DNA of 64,000 nt. Origin: Octopus sinensis. Lineage: Eukaryota. Positions 46,340-60,050 of the stretch are shown piece after piece. Made by a program: the position numbers and the translations under genes. The DNA lies in NCBI RefSeq assembly GCF_006345805.1, contig NC_043019.1, forward strand, positions 11,655,360 to 11,719,359, written 5' to 3'. The notes beneath the pieces were generated by a model that was not told the DNA's origin, ran no database searches, and worked only from the letters and a program-made list of their open reading frames with translations. The stretch's first letter is position 1. The number at the start of each line of letters is the position of its first letter.

Positions 46340-47602
46340 TATATGTATAATATTTATAATAACTACTTCGTCTTCAAAGACAACTTCTATCGACAAAAAT
46401 CAGGGACTGCGATGGATACGAGAATGGACCCCTCCTTTGCTAACCTAGTCATGGGATATCTAAAAATTAGTCTTTATTGTAAGGTTCTAGAAAAATACAG
46501 CAACCCATTCTCCCCCTGCATAGAAAATAACTGGAAGAAATACCTGGATGACTGTTTCATTCTTTGGCATGAAAATATAGAGAAACTTAAAGAATTCCAA
46601 GTACTTATAAATGGACTTGACATAAACATTCAATTCATGATGGAATATAGCCATCAACAACTTCCCTACCTCAACATCCTCATTAAGAAATCTAACAATG
46701 TAATAGAAACAGACTTATACTATAAGCCCACGAACTCCAAGCAATATCTCCCATTCAACTCATGCCACCCCAGACACACCAGAATGAATATACCCTTCAA
46801 CCTAGCAAAAAGGATATGTACTATAGTTTCTAATGCAAACAGCAGAGACACACGACTACATGAACTAAAGGATACACTCATCACCAGGGACTACCCACCT
46901 TCACTAATTGACATATGCTTTCAACGTGCCCTTCAACTCAACATCCAGGAACTCAGACATCCCAAATTAAAGAAGGATTTACAACCAAAAGCCCTACCAT
47001 ACATGTCCACACACAACCCTCTCAACAATGAAGCCTTCGACATCATCCTTCAAAACATTCCCCTGCTAAAAAAGGACCACAGAATTAACTTAGTCCTCCA
47101 AACACACACCATCATAAAAAGCAAGAGACAACCCAAATCTATGAAAAGTCTCTTAACACAAGCCCAAATACGCTCAACAACAACACAGAAGCTGCCAGTA
47201 AAAAAATGTGGAAGACCCAACTGTGGGATATACGTCAATTTAATTGAGGGATCAGAGTTCTCCTTCAAACAGGGACAATGCTTCACAGTGAAAAGCAACT
47301 TCACATGTGCTTCAGAGAACCTGATATATGCACTAACCTGCTCTAGGCGTCAAGAGCAATACATAGACCAAACAAAAAACAGTCTACATAAAAGAATGGC
47401 TCTGCACAGATCCAAGATCAAAATTCCCCAAAACAGAAAAATAGCATTCAACCAACACATTGACATTTGTGCCAACAACAAAAATCCAAGCTTCAGAATT
47501 TTTCCCCTCATTATAACAAAATACAGACCCCTTTTGAACATGTCTACAACAACTGACATATCTACCATGGCCTTGGAAAACACAAACACACGTAAATATT
47601 AA
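46340..47602 (+). mobile_element. Penelope-like element, 5'-truncated RT plus GIY-YIG endonuclease
   Basis: GTAM..M.PSFANL, YLDD, TDLYYKPTNSKQYLPFNSCHP, FTC.SENLIYALTC, Y.DQT.N.L.KRM.LHR. The ORF's apparent N-terminus is microsatellite. Confidence 0.9.
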
Positions 47603-47944
47603 AAATGATACACTCAAGAGATTCCCAAGAATTCATTAAAAAACAGTTCCAGTCACTGCTATAATCCATAACCATTCACTTTTAGGTCACTTGACCATTT
47701 ACCACCCTACTACTATCATACTACCTACATTCCTTCTTATTCTCCTTACTCTTTCTCCTTCTTCTTCCTCTCCGCCACCTCCTTCCTAACTTTACCACTA
47801 TTGCTGTTTAGAATAACACCTACACAAATTTTATAAAAACATTCAAAAGAGATGTCTCAAGAAGTCAATCACTACTATAATCCACAACGGGTCACTTCCA
47901 GGGCACTTGACCATTTAGTATACTACTATCATGGCTCTCTCGCA

Positions 47945-48145
47945 TCATTATTATTACTATTAATTATTATTATTATTATTATTACTATTAATTATTATTA
48001 TTATTATTACTATTATTATTATCATTATTATTACTATTAATTATTATTATTATTATTATCATTATTATTACTATTATTATTATTACTATTAATTTTTATT
48101 ATTATTATTATTACTATTAATTATTATTGTTGTTGTTGTTGTTCT
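47945..48145. repeat. (TAT)n microsatellite
   Basis: Directly visible. Confidence 0.95.
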
Positions 48146-49006
48146 TTTTCTTCTTCCTCCCAACCAAGAATTCATAACGACCTTGAACCCACAAGAGAGA
48201 CAGAGACAGGCAGAAACGGAAAATGCCCCTTGTATTTGAATACTATACAAATATTCTTTTAGAAAACTTTTCTTTTAATTTTTCCAAAATTTAATTGTTT
48301 TCCATACTTACAGTTGAAAAAGTCTCAATAACTGAAACCAGTACTGAAATGTTTTTTATAAAATTGTTTTAGCATTTTCTACCTTGACTTTTTTTCCGTG
48401 TCCGTGGTGTGTGTGTGTGTGTGTGTGTGTGTGACTGTGTTTGTCTCCCCACCATTGCTTGACAACCGATTTGGTTTGTTTGCATCCCCATAACCTAGCA
48501 GCTCGGCAAAAGAGACCAATAGAATAAGTACCAGGCTTACAAAGAATAAATCTAAGGGTTAATTAAGTATGTGATTCTCATCATCAGCTACATCTCAAGA
48601 CTACATTTCTTCAAAAATTTATCAGTGAAGACGAGAAACACTTCAAGCGATTGGAAGAAATTTCCCAAGATCCGAGGGCTTTAAACCAATCTTGAATGGA
48701 CATTCATTTTCCTGTGACAACACGTACGATTGAATATGAACAACGTTGTTATCAAAATCAAACTGATCTTCTAGGAAAAACAAAGCTAAACATAATAATG
48801 TATCGATTTTACACAATCAAAACAAGGTGTATTATTTTTACAGCCAACGACAGTGATGTTCAAAGACTACGCTTACGAAAAATAAACAAGAAATACGATT
48901 TATTTATGAGAGAGTTTTTTAGGTGAGAAAAGTTTAAGGTTGATACAATGCTGGTGCCATGGTCGGCACAAGTTTAAAAAAAGGACGGCATCAATAATAG
49001 ATAGCA

Positions 49007-49575
49007 CTAGCAGAATCGCTCGGCGTTGCTCGGGTTTGTTTTGACCCTTTAGAATTGGAATTTTTGAAAAGTAAAAATTTTGCATTATGTAGCTTGTTTT
49101 TCTCTTGAAATACACCGAATAATTATTTCTTTACTACCCACAAGGGGCTAAACACAGAGGGGACAAACAAGGACAGATATCGACCCCAGTGCGTAACTGG
49201 TACTTAATTTATTGACCCCGAAAGGATGAAAGGCAAAGTCGACCTCGGTGGAATTTGAACTCAGAACGTAACGACAGACGAAATACGGCTACGCATTTCG
49301 CCCAGCGCGCTAACGTTCCTGCCATGGCCACACAGCAGTCAAAAAATCGTAAAAAAATAGAGATTTTCATAGAAAAAAAAGCATCTTTTTGATGCAAATA
49401 ATTTTTGGTGATAACATGGTCCGATTTGAATTTTATCTTCTACGGAAGGAAGAGCAAACCTTCTTCTATCATACTCTCAATTTTGGTCAACTTGCACCGC
49501 AGGGTCTCGGAGGAGATAGTGTTAGTTGAAGGCTACCAAACCTGCCACACAGACAACTTCAGCTTTATATATAGA
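49007..49575 (-). mobile_element. Complete non-autonomous Helitron-type element with a nested family D SINE (~49130-49320)
   Basis: A|TCTATATATAAAG 5' end; hairpin plus CTAG|T 3' end; A/T target. Confidence 0.8.
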
Positions 49576-50173
49576 TAGCATAGCATTACTCAATCAAGAT
49601 TGACCCAGGGTCACACAATGACAACAGCATTGCTTCTGTATTATACAAGATGTTAATTGAAGCTTCGAGTGACTGATCTGTCGGGTGGGGATTAAGCAGA
49701 CGTATCTCATTAATTACAAAAACATTATTACTGGTTGTCGTTAAATTCTCCCTTCATGTCGACATGTACGAGATCTCTTTCCTTTTGAACTTTTCTTGGC
49801 ACAGCGCTAACAAAAACACTCGACAGATTATGTAAGAAAAATTGCGCGCGCGCGGATGTGTACACACACACAAACAAACAGAACCACGGACTAACTGCGA
49901 TGCGCACATCCATCCATCCACCCATCCAGTATATATATTATATAATATAAATAAATGTCACCCTTTTAAAGCCTAGCCAAGCTCATGGGCCCGGTTTCCC
50001 GGTTTCAATGGCGTATGTGTTCCCCAGCTGGACTGGAGCAACGCGAAATGAAGTGTTTTGCTCAAGAATACAACGTGTCACTCGGTCCAGGTATCGAAAC
50101 ACAATCTTACGATCATTCTGCTGACACCCTAACCACTAAGCCACGCACTTCCACACCCAGTATATATATATAC

Positions 50174-50303
<130 letters not shown>

Positions 50304-50648
50304 TACTATATATATATATTTAGAGACCCCTTCGGTCATGAGTGACCATGGGTTTGCACCTAGAGAGTTACCCTCTGAGGCACAAGTCTGGGCAAGGTTT
50401 TTTATGGAAGACCAGTAGTCGCGCCCATGCCATACCAGGCCTCCCCTCTCCACGCCACCACCAGTGTTATCCCAGGAGAAAGACAAGGGTCGATACAGCT
50501 TGGCACCAGTGACGTCGCAACTCATTTCTACAGCTGAGTGATACTGGAGCAACCTGAATAATGTCTTTGCTCAAGAACACACACACACACACATATTATC
50601 ATATATATATCTATATATATATTATATATATATATTATAATTATATAT

Positions 50649-50693
<45 letters not shown>

Positions 50694-51457
50694 ATAATAT
50701 TATATACTGAATTTATATTGAGTGCTCTATTGTATCAAAGTATTTATGTATTTAATACGAGCGATTATATATATATATATAATATATTATTATTAATCAG
50801 AAATCAATATTAGAAAATTCTTTAGAAAGATTATACGTGTGTAAATAAATGTTGTATTAAAAATATAAATATGTACATAGTATAAGTATAAATATATATC
50901 ATATATATGACAGTTAAAAGTTTTTGAATTAAGTTTTTAAGCAACTTACGATCGTTTCGCATAAGTGCTATCCCTATAATAGAATGTTGCTTACTGCGAG
51001 TTATGGATGATTCTTTTATGACTTCATTGCTTTCAGGCTTAGCTTAAGGTATTTTCGCGCCCGACATCACAAAATGCGTCTGAATAAACATTGCCGGACA
51101 GCAAATAGAGACTCGGACAGAAAAAAAATTTTCATTTTTAACCTCGTATATAGTACGCGCTAGGGATTTTGACCTTGAAATTTTGGGGGGAAAATGCAGA
51201 TTATACTCGAGGATTTACAGTATGTTTAGATATATAAATTCTATGCCCTAAACTGATACCTATTGATTGCTTGTTCATACTTTCATTCTACTGTACAATG
51301 ATAAACCTTATGGCCATTCATTGCTAAGCAGCTACAATAGCATTTTTTTTTTTGTTTTAGTCACAGTTAAAGTTGGAGTTTCAGGTGGAAAGTCAACCTG
51401 AGTACCTATTGTATATGCCTGTTACATTACGTCACTAGATTTTACCTGAACTATACA

Positions 51458-51488
<31 letters not shown>

Positions 51489-51899
51489 GTGTGGTGTGTG
51501 TGTGTGTGTATTTTATGATATATTTATTATTAATAATATCAGGAAATCAATATAAGAAATTTCTTCAGAAAGATATATACGTGTGTAAAATAATTATTGT
51601 ATTAAAAATATGAATATATATAAAAATATATGTAAACATATATATATTTATACATATTTATATTTTTAATACAACAATTATTTTACACACGTATATATCT
51701 TTCTGAAGAAATTTCTAATATTGATTTCTTGATATTAATAATAATATATTATATAAAATACAATATAATAACTCGTATTAAATACATAAATACTTTATAT
51801 TATTATTAATACTTTGATACAATAGAGCACTCAATATAAATTCAGTATATGAATTCTCATTGAATATATTTAAGAACGATTTATATATATATATATATC

Positions 51900-51931
<32 letters not shown>

Positions 51932-52006
51932 TACAAAATTAGAAAATGGAGAAACATATTTAAATCAATCAAACATCAACCATCAGATGATACCATTACA
52001 TAACAG

Positions 52007-52043
<37 letters not shown>

Positions 52044-52052
52044 ATATATATC

Positions 52053-52083
<31 letters not shown>

Positions 52084-52484
52084 AAGAAAAGAAAGAAATA
52101 GATACACACACACACACACGTATATCTTATGATCATTACACAACATTAAAACAAAAATCTATTTCGACATTATTCTGATTGATGTTATTGATTATCGATA
52201 TGAAATCGGAAGGCATAATGCACAAAAAAAAAATTTTTTTTTTAAACATTCCTAGTTTACGTTTGGCTTTTTAAACTTCAAACAAGATCAGAGAAATATT
52301 CAACGATACTAATAGCTTCTGATCAAGGCACAAGGCCAAAACTTTTAAGCGGGGTCGATTACATCCACTCCAAAACGTGACTGGTAACTTATTTGTATCG
52401 ACCCTCCAAAGCAGCCGATCCCAACCTTGGACCGGTTTCATGCATGACAATTTTTCCACGGATCAGGAGCAAAAAACGAAACCA

Positions 52485-52910
52485 TCAGGCGCAGTAGTGG
52501 CTGTGTGGTAAGTTGCTTGCTAACCAACCACATGGTTCCGGGTTCAGTCCCACTGCGTAGCATCTTGGGCAAGTGTCTTCTGCTATAGCCCCGGGCCGAC
52601 CAATGCCTTGTGAGTGGATTTGGTAGACGGAAACTGAAAGAAGCCTGTCGTATATATAGATATATATATATATATATATGTAGTTTGTGTTTGTGTGTCT
52701 GTGTTTGTTCCCCTAGCATTGCTTGACAAACCGATGCTGGTGTGTTTACATCCCGTCACTTAGTGGTTCGGCAAAAAGAGACCGATAGAATAAGTACTGG
52801 GCTTACAAAAAGAATAAGACCCGGGATCGAGTTACTCGACTAAAGGCGGTGCTCCAGCATGGCCGCAGTCAAATGACTGAAACAAGTAAAAGTGAGTAAA
52901 AGAGTAAGAG
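52485..52910 (+). mobile_element. tRNA-derived SINE, family A
   Basis: Full-length match to 4158-4532. Confidence 0.8.
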
Positions 52911-52993
52911 TATACCATAAAACTTAAGGCATACCTACAAAAGTGTCCGCCCCACTCTCACACCGACTTTCATTCCTCAAAGCTACAGAAAAA

Positions 52994-53093
52994 NNNNNNN
53001 NNNNNNNNNNNNNNNNNNNNNNNNNNNNNNNNNNNNNNNNNNNNNNNNNNNNNNNNNNNNNNNNNNNNNNNNNNNNNNNNNNNNNNNNNNNNN
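52994..53093. other. Assembly gap (100 N)
   Basis: Run of N; true distance and orientation across it are unknown. Confidence 1.
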
Positions 53094-54164
53094 TTAGCTC
53101 TAATCTGCCCCAAAACATAGAGACAGGTAACATGCTTGGACTGGTAATGTTATATTAGCCAATTAATGTTGAACAACACTTCTATGCTGTTGATAGAAGG
53201 ATTTAATCTTTTAAGAGTTGCTTTCTTAATCTTAAAATACCCAATATTTCAATCCGCGATTTAACTCTGGTGAATGTCAATGGTTTTTGTCCTTATTTAT
53301 TTATATATTTGGTACATGATAGTCATCATCATCATCAACATCATCATCATTTAACATCCATTTTCCATACTGGCATGGGTTCGACAGTTTGACAGAAGCA
53401 GTGAGCTGGCAGAAATGTTAACACACGCCGGGCAAAATGCTAAGCCGTATTCCATCTACTGTTATGTTCTGAGTTCAAATTCTGCCAAGGTTGACTTTGC
53501 CTTTCATCCTTTCAGGGCCGATAAATCGAAAAATTAAGTACCAGTTATGCACTGGGGTCGATGTAATCGACTTAATCCCTTTGTCTGTCCTTGTTTATCC
53601 CTTCTATGTTTAGTCCCTTATGGGCAATAAAGAAATAAGAAACTGGCAAGCTGAAGGGCTGCATCAGGCTCCAGTCGTCTGTTTTGGCATGGTTTCTATG
53701 GCTGGATGCTCTTCCTAATGCCACCGACTTTACAGAGCACACTGGGTGCTTTTATGTGGTATCAGTATGGCAGCATAGCTGCTTTTATGTGGTGCCACAG
53801 CAAGCACAGGTGTTATTTACATGGTAATAGTATTGGTGCTATTCATGTGTCACCAACATGGGTGCTTTGGAGGTTCAGATCATTTCTTGAAGATGAATTA
53901 AATCTGGTGCTTGTAGTAGAACATGGTTTCATTCCATTTGTTTAATACATTTTGTGTGAATATGTTGTATTTTTCTGTGATGCACAGAGAGCAAGTCCCA
54001 GAAGCATTTATGCACGAGGTTATAGAATCTAATCTTTCTCATTTTATGCTTGCAGTTACATCTGCAAGAATCAAATTACAAACAACCAAACCAAATGAGA
54101 AAAACAAGTCAGATCAAATCAAAGATGCATACACACTCATATGCGCATGTGTACACACACACTT

Positions 54165-54237
<73 letters not shown>

Positions 54238-54519
54238 ACACACATGCAGTGAAATGAAGGGGAGAAAGCCAAAATTTTGAAGTCAATAAATATGTATTCT
54301 TCAAAAAAGTAATGAGTGATCCTTCCATTTGTTTTTGATTATTCCATTTTAATATGACTTGATATAGAAAAAAACATTAATGTTCACTTTGGAAACACAC
54401 ATACACACACGTGTGTGACATAACATGTGTGTGTATGACATAATTAACATATATGAGAGTGTGTGTATGAGAGTAGTGTGTGTATGTCTGCATGCGTATG
54501 CACATTTGTCTGTAGTGGA

Positions 54520-57500
54520 GCAAGCATATATGTGTGTGAATGTGTGCTTGTGTGAATGTGAGTGCGTGTGTAAATGTGTGCATGTGTGAATGTGAGTACA
54601 TGTGTGAATGTGTGCATGTGTGAATGTGAGTGCGTGTGTGAATGTGTGCATGTGTGAATGTGAGTACGTGTGTGAATGTGTGCATGTGTGAATGTGAGTG
54701 CGTGTGTGAATGTGTGCATGTGTGAATGTGAGTACGTGTGTGAATGTGTGCATGTGTGAATGTGAGTACGTGTGTGTGAATGTGTGCATGTGTGAATGTG
54801 AGCGTGTGTGTGAATGTGTGAATGTGAGTGTGTGTATGAATGTGGGAATGTGTGCATGTGGGAATGTGAGTGCGTGTGTGAATGTGTGCATGTGTGAATG
54901 TGAGTACGTGTGTGTGAATGTGTGCATGTGTGAATGTGAGTACGTGTGTGAATGTGTGCATGTGTGAATGTGAGTACGTGTGTGAATGTGTGCATGTGTG
55001 AATGTGAGTACGTGTGTGAATGTGTGCATGTGTGAATGTGAGTACGTGTGTGAATGTGTGCATGTGTGAATGTGAGTACGTGTGTGAATGTGTGCATGTG
55101 TGAATGTGAGTACGTGTGTGAATGTGTACATGTGTGAATGTGAGTGCGTGTGTGAATGTGTGCATGTGTGAATGTGAGTACGTGTGTGAATGTGTGAATG
55201 TGAGTGTGTGTATGAATGTGGGAATGTGTGCATGTGGGAATGTGAGTACGTGTGTGAATGTGTGCATGTGTGAATGTGAGTACGTGTGTGAATGTGTGCA
55301 TGTGTGAATGTGAGTACGTGTGTGAATGTGTGCATGTGTGAATGTGAGTACGTGTGTGAATGTGTGCATGTGTGAATGTGAGTACGTGTGTGAATGTGTG
55401 CTTGTGTGAATGTGAGTACGTGTGTGAATGTGTGCATGTGTGAATGTGAGTAAGTGTGTGAATGTGTGCATGTGTGAATGTGAGTACGTGTGTGAATTGT
55501 GTGCATGTGTGAATGGAGTACGTGTGTGAATGTGTGAATGTGGAGTACGTGGTGAATGTGTGCATGTGTGAATGTGAGTACGTGTGTGAATGTGTGCATG
55601 TGGTGAATGTGAGTACGTGTGTGAATGTGTGCTTGTGTGAATGTGAGTACGTGTGTGAATGTGTGCATGTGTGAATGTGAGTACGTGTGTGAATGTGTGC
55701 ATGTTGTGAATGTGAGTACGTGTGTGAATGTGGAATGTGAGTACGTGTGTGAATGTGTGCATGTGTGAATGTGAGTACGTGTGTGAATGTGTGCATGTGT
55801 GAATGTGAGTACGTGTGTGAATGTGTGCTTGTGTGAATGTGAGTACGTGTGTGAATGTGTGCATGTGTGAATGTGAGTACGTGTGTGAATGTGTGCATGT
55901 GTGAATGTGAGTACGTGTGTGAATGTGTGCATGTGTGAATGTGAGTACGTGTGTGAATGTGTGAATGTGAGTGTGTGTATGAATGTGGGAATGTGTGCAT
56001 GTGTGAATGTGAGTACATGTGTGCATGGTGAATGTGAGTACGTGTGTGAATGTGTGCATGTGGAATGTGAGTACGTGTGTGAATGTGTTGCATGTGTGAA
56101 TGTGAGTACGTGTGTGAATGTGTGCTTGTGGAATGGTGAGTGAGTACGTGTGTGTGCATGTGTGCATGTGTGAATGTGAGTAGTGTGTGCATGTGTGAAT
56201 GTGAGTACGTGTGTGATGTGTGCATGTGTGAATGTGAGTACGTGTGTGAATGTGTGCTTGTGTGAATGTGAGTACGTGTGTGTGTGTGTGCTTGTGTGAA
56301 TGTGAGTACGTGTGTGAATGTGTGCATGTGTGAATGTGAGTACGTGTGTGAATGTGTGCATGTGTGATGTGAGTACGTGTGTGAATGTGTGCATGTGTGA
56401 ATGAGTACGTGTGTGAATGTGTGAATGTGAGTACGTGTGTGAATGTGTGCATGTGTGTGAATGTGAGTACGTGTGTGAATGTGTGCATGTGTGAATGTGA
56501 GTACGTGTGTGGAATGTGTGCATGTGTGAATGTGAGTACGTGTGTGAATGTGTGCAGGTGTGAATGTGAGTACGTGTGTGAATGTGTGAATGTGAGTACG
56601 TGTGTGAATGTGGTGATGTGTGAAGTGTGTACGTGTGTGAATGTGTGCATGTGTGAATGTGAGTACGTGTGTGATGTGTTGCGTTGTGTGATGTGGGTGA
56701 GTACGTGTGTGAATGTGTGCATGTTGAATGGAGTACGTGTGTGAATGTGTGCATGTGTGAATGTGAGTACGTGTGTGAATGTGTGGATGTGGAGTACGTG
56801 TGTGAATGTGTGCATGTGTGAATGTGAGTACGTGTGTGAATGTGTGCTTGTGTGAATGTGAGTACGTGTGTGAATGTGTGCATGTGTGAATGTGAGTACG
56901 TGTGTGAATGTGTGCATGTGTGAATGTGAGTACGTGTGTGAATGTGTGCATGTTGAATGTGAGTACGTGTGTGAATGTGTGCTTGTGTGAATGTTGAGTA
57001 CGTGGTGAATGTGTGCTGTGTGGTGAATGTGAGTACGTGTGTGAATGTGTGCTTGTGTGAATGTGAGTACGTGTGTGAATGTGTGCATGTGTGAATGTGA
57101 GTACGTGTGTGAATGTGTGCATGTGTGAATGTGAGTACGTGTGTGAATGTGTGAATGTGAGTACGTGTGTGAATGTGTGCATGTGTGAATGTGAGTACGT
57201 GTGTGAATGTGTGCATGTGTGAATGTGAGTACGTGTGTGAATGTGTGCATGTGTGAATGTGAGTACGTGTGTGAATGTGTGAATGTGAGTACGTGTGTGA
57301 ATGTGTGCATGTGTGAATGTGAGTACGTGTGTGAATGTGTGCATGTGTGAATGTGAGTACGTGTGTGAATGTGTGCTTGTGTGAATGTGAGTACGTGTGT
57401 GAATGTGTGCATGTGTGAATGTGAGTACGTGTGTGAATGTGTGCATGTGTGAATGTGAGTACGTGTGTGAATGTGTGAATGTGAGTACGTGTGTGAATGT

Positions 57501-58330
57501 GTGCATGTGTGAATGTGAGTACGTGTGTGAATGTGTGCATGTGTGAAGTGAGTACGTGTGTGAATGTGTGCTTGGTGTGAATGTGAGTACGTGTGTGAAT
57601 GGTGTGCAGGTGTGAATGTGAGTACGTGTGTGAATGTGTGCATGTGTGAATGTGAGTACGTGTGTGAATGTGTGCATGTGTGAATGTGAGTACGTGTGTG
57701 AATGTGTGAATGTGAGTGGGTGTATGATGTGGGAATGTGTGCATGTGGGAATGTGAGTACGTGTGTGAATGTGTTGCATGTGTGAATGTGAGTACGTGTT
57801 GAATGTGTGCATGTGTGAATGTGAGTACGTGTGTGAATGTGTGCTTGTGTGAATGTGTGTACGTGTGTGAATGTGTGCTTGTGTGAATGTGAGTACGTGT
57901 GTGAATGTGTGCTTGTGTGAATGTGAGTACGTGTGTGAATGTGTGCATGTGTGAATGTGAGTACGTGTGTGAATGTGTGCATGTGAGTGTGTGTGTGCAT
58001 GTGTGAATGTGAGTGTGTGTATGAATGTGGGAATGTGTGCATGTGGGAATGTGAGTGCGTGTGTGAATGTGTGCATGTGTGAATGTGAGTACGTGTGTGT
58101 GAATGTGTGCATGTGTGAATGTGAGTACGTGTGTGTAAATGTGTGCATGTGTGAATGTGAGTATGTGTGTGCATGTGTGAATGTGAGTGTGTGTATGAAT
58201 GTGGGAATGTGTGCATGTGGGAATGTGGGTGTGTGTGTAAATGTGAGTGCATGTGTGCATGTGTGGAACGTGTGCATGTGTGAATGTAAGTGTGTGTGTG
58301 AATGTGTGCATGTGGGAATGTGCACATGTG
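54520..58330. repeat. 34-bp minisatellite array (GTGTGTGAATGTGTGCATGTGTGAATGTGAGTAC), roughly 110 units
   Basis: Directly visible; generates three ~1330-aa artefactual His/Thr ORFs. Confidence 0.97.
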
Positions 58331-58874
58331 TGAATGTAAATGTGTGTGTATGTGTTTGTGTACATGCATCCAGTTGTTCCTTGTGCTCCTTCTCTGTTAG
58401 AGAGTGTGTATGTGTGTATGCACACACACTTACTAACATGTTTGTGTGTGTATCTATGTTTATGTGTATATCCTTGTAAGCATGTATAGATATATGTGTG
58501 TATGATTATTTCTATTTTGAATTATCCAAGTTCTTTTAAACAAAGTACTGGCCTCTAACAGAAAAACGAAAGCTTCATGTGTAGATTTTGCTTAATAACA
58601 ACAGTAACTGATACATGCTAAACTTTAGAAAAGTCTTGTATAATTATACTGTTCCAATTATATATTTTATCTATAAAGTGATTTCTAGCTCATCTCTTTC
58701 TTTGCCTTTCAAATCCTAGCTTTCCCAGGCTGTCTCTTGAACATTTAATAACATAACTAAATGCACCATTAATTACTGGTATAAATGTATAATAAGCAAA
58801 GATGAAGTTGTGTGGTAAAAGAAGTTATCTTTGTAACCAAATTGTTTAAGGCTCAGTCCCAATGTGTGATACAT

Positions 58875-59114
58875 TGGGCAAGTATTTTCTGGCCTCTTAA
58901 TTTCCTTAATTGTAATCTCATTGATTACTCTATGAGTGGGGGTATAGTTGAGAAAGTCACCAAACGCTCTACAAGCAACACCAAGGCCAAGATGGTGGCC
59001 AAGATCAAGGAGGTATTTGAAGATCCTCTGAAGGACTCAGTAAGGAATGCATGTGCCAGGCTTTGGGACCATCTTGAGGCAGTGGTGGAAGCTGAGGGCA
59101 GCTGCTTTGAGTAA
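58875..59114 (+). mobile_element. Tc1/mariner transposase C-terminal relic
   Basis: Degraded SPDLNPLDYSIW-like motif (CNLIDYSM) followed by AKIKEVF...VRNACARLWDHLEAVVEAEGSCFE*. Confidence 0.75.
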
Positions 59115-59276
59115 ACAGTTATCTCCTGGTCATAATCTAGTTCATATTTTGATTTTTTTCAAATAATTTTATTTTTGGATGGTATATTAAGTTTTCTTTT
59201 CTTTTTAAGCACACTGTCAAATTTAGACCAAACACCCTATATATACATAAGTATACACACACACATGCATACTTAC

Positions 59277-59320
<44 letters not shown>

Positions 59321-59565
59321 TCTTTTATTTTTTACTAGTTTCAGTCATTTGATTGCTGACATGCTGGAGCACCACCTTGAAGGGTTTCAGTTGAACAAAT
59401 TGACCCCTGGACTTATTTTATTTTTAAAGCCTAGTACTTATTCTATCAGTCTCTTTTGCCAGACTACTAGGTTACAGGGACATAAATACACCAACACCAG
59501 TGTCAAGTGTTAACAGGGAGACAAACATAGCCACAAAGACACACACACATGTATGTATATATATA

Positions 59566-59683
<118 letters not shown>

Positions 59684-59902
59684 ATATATTATATATATAT
59701 ATACATATATATATATTATATATATATATATATTATATATATATATAGATATATATATATACATATATATATACATATAATATATATATATATTATATAT
59801 AGATATATATATATATCTATTATATATATTACCCAGTAGAACCGTCCAACCCATGCTAGCATGGAAAACGGACGCTAAATGATGATGATGATGATGATGA
59901 TG

Positions 59903-59942
<40 letters not shown>

Positions 59943-59951
59943 ATATATAAT

Positions 59952-59986
<35 letters not shown>

Positions 59987-59989
59987 CTA

Positions 59990-60050
<61 letters not shown>

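Noticed and set aside
48600-48926. Coding-looking plus-strand stretch (ORF 48696-48926)
   Set aside because: Interrupted by stops, with no recognisable motif or splice structure; probably a decayed element.
54349-58439. Three >1300-aa histidine-rich proteins
   Set aside because: Open in all three frames purely because of the 34-bp repeat composition.
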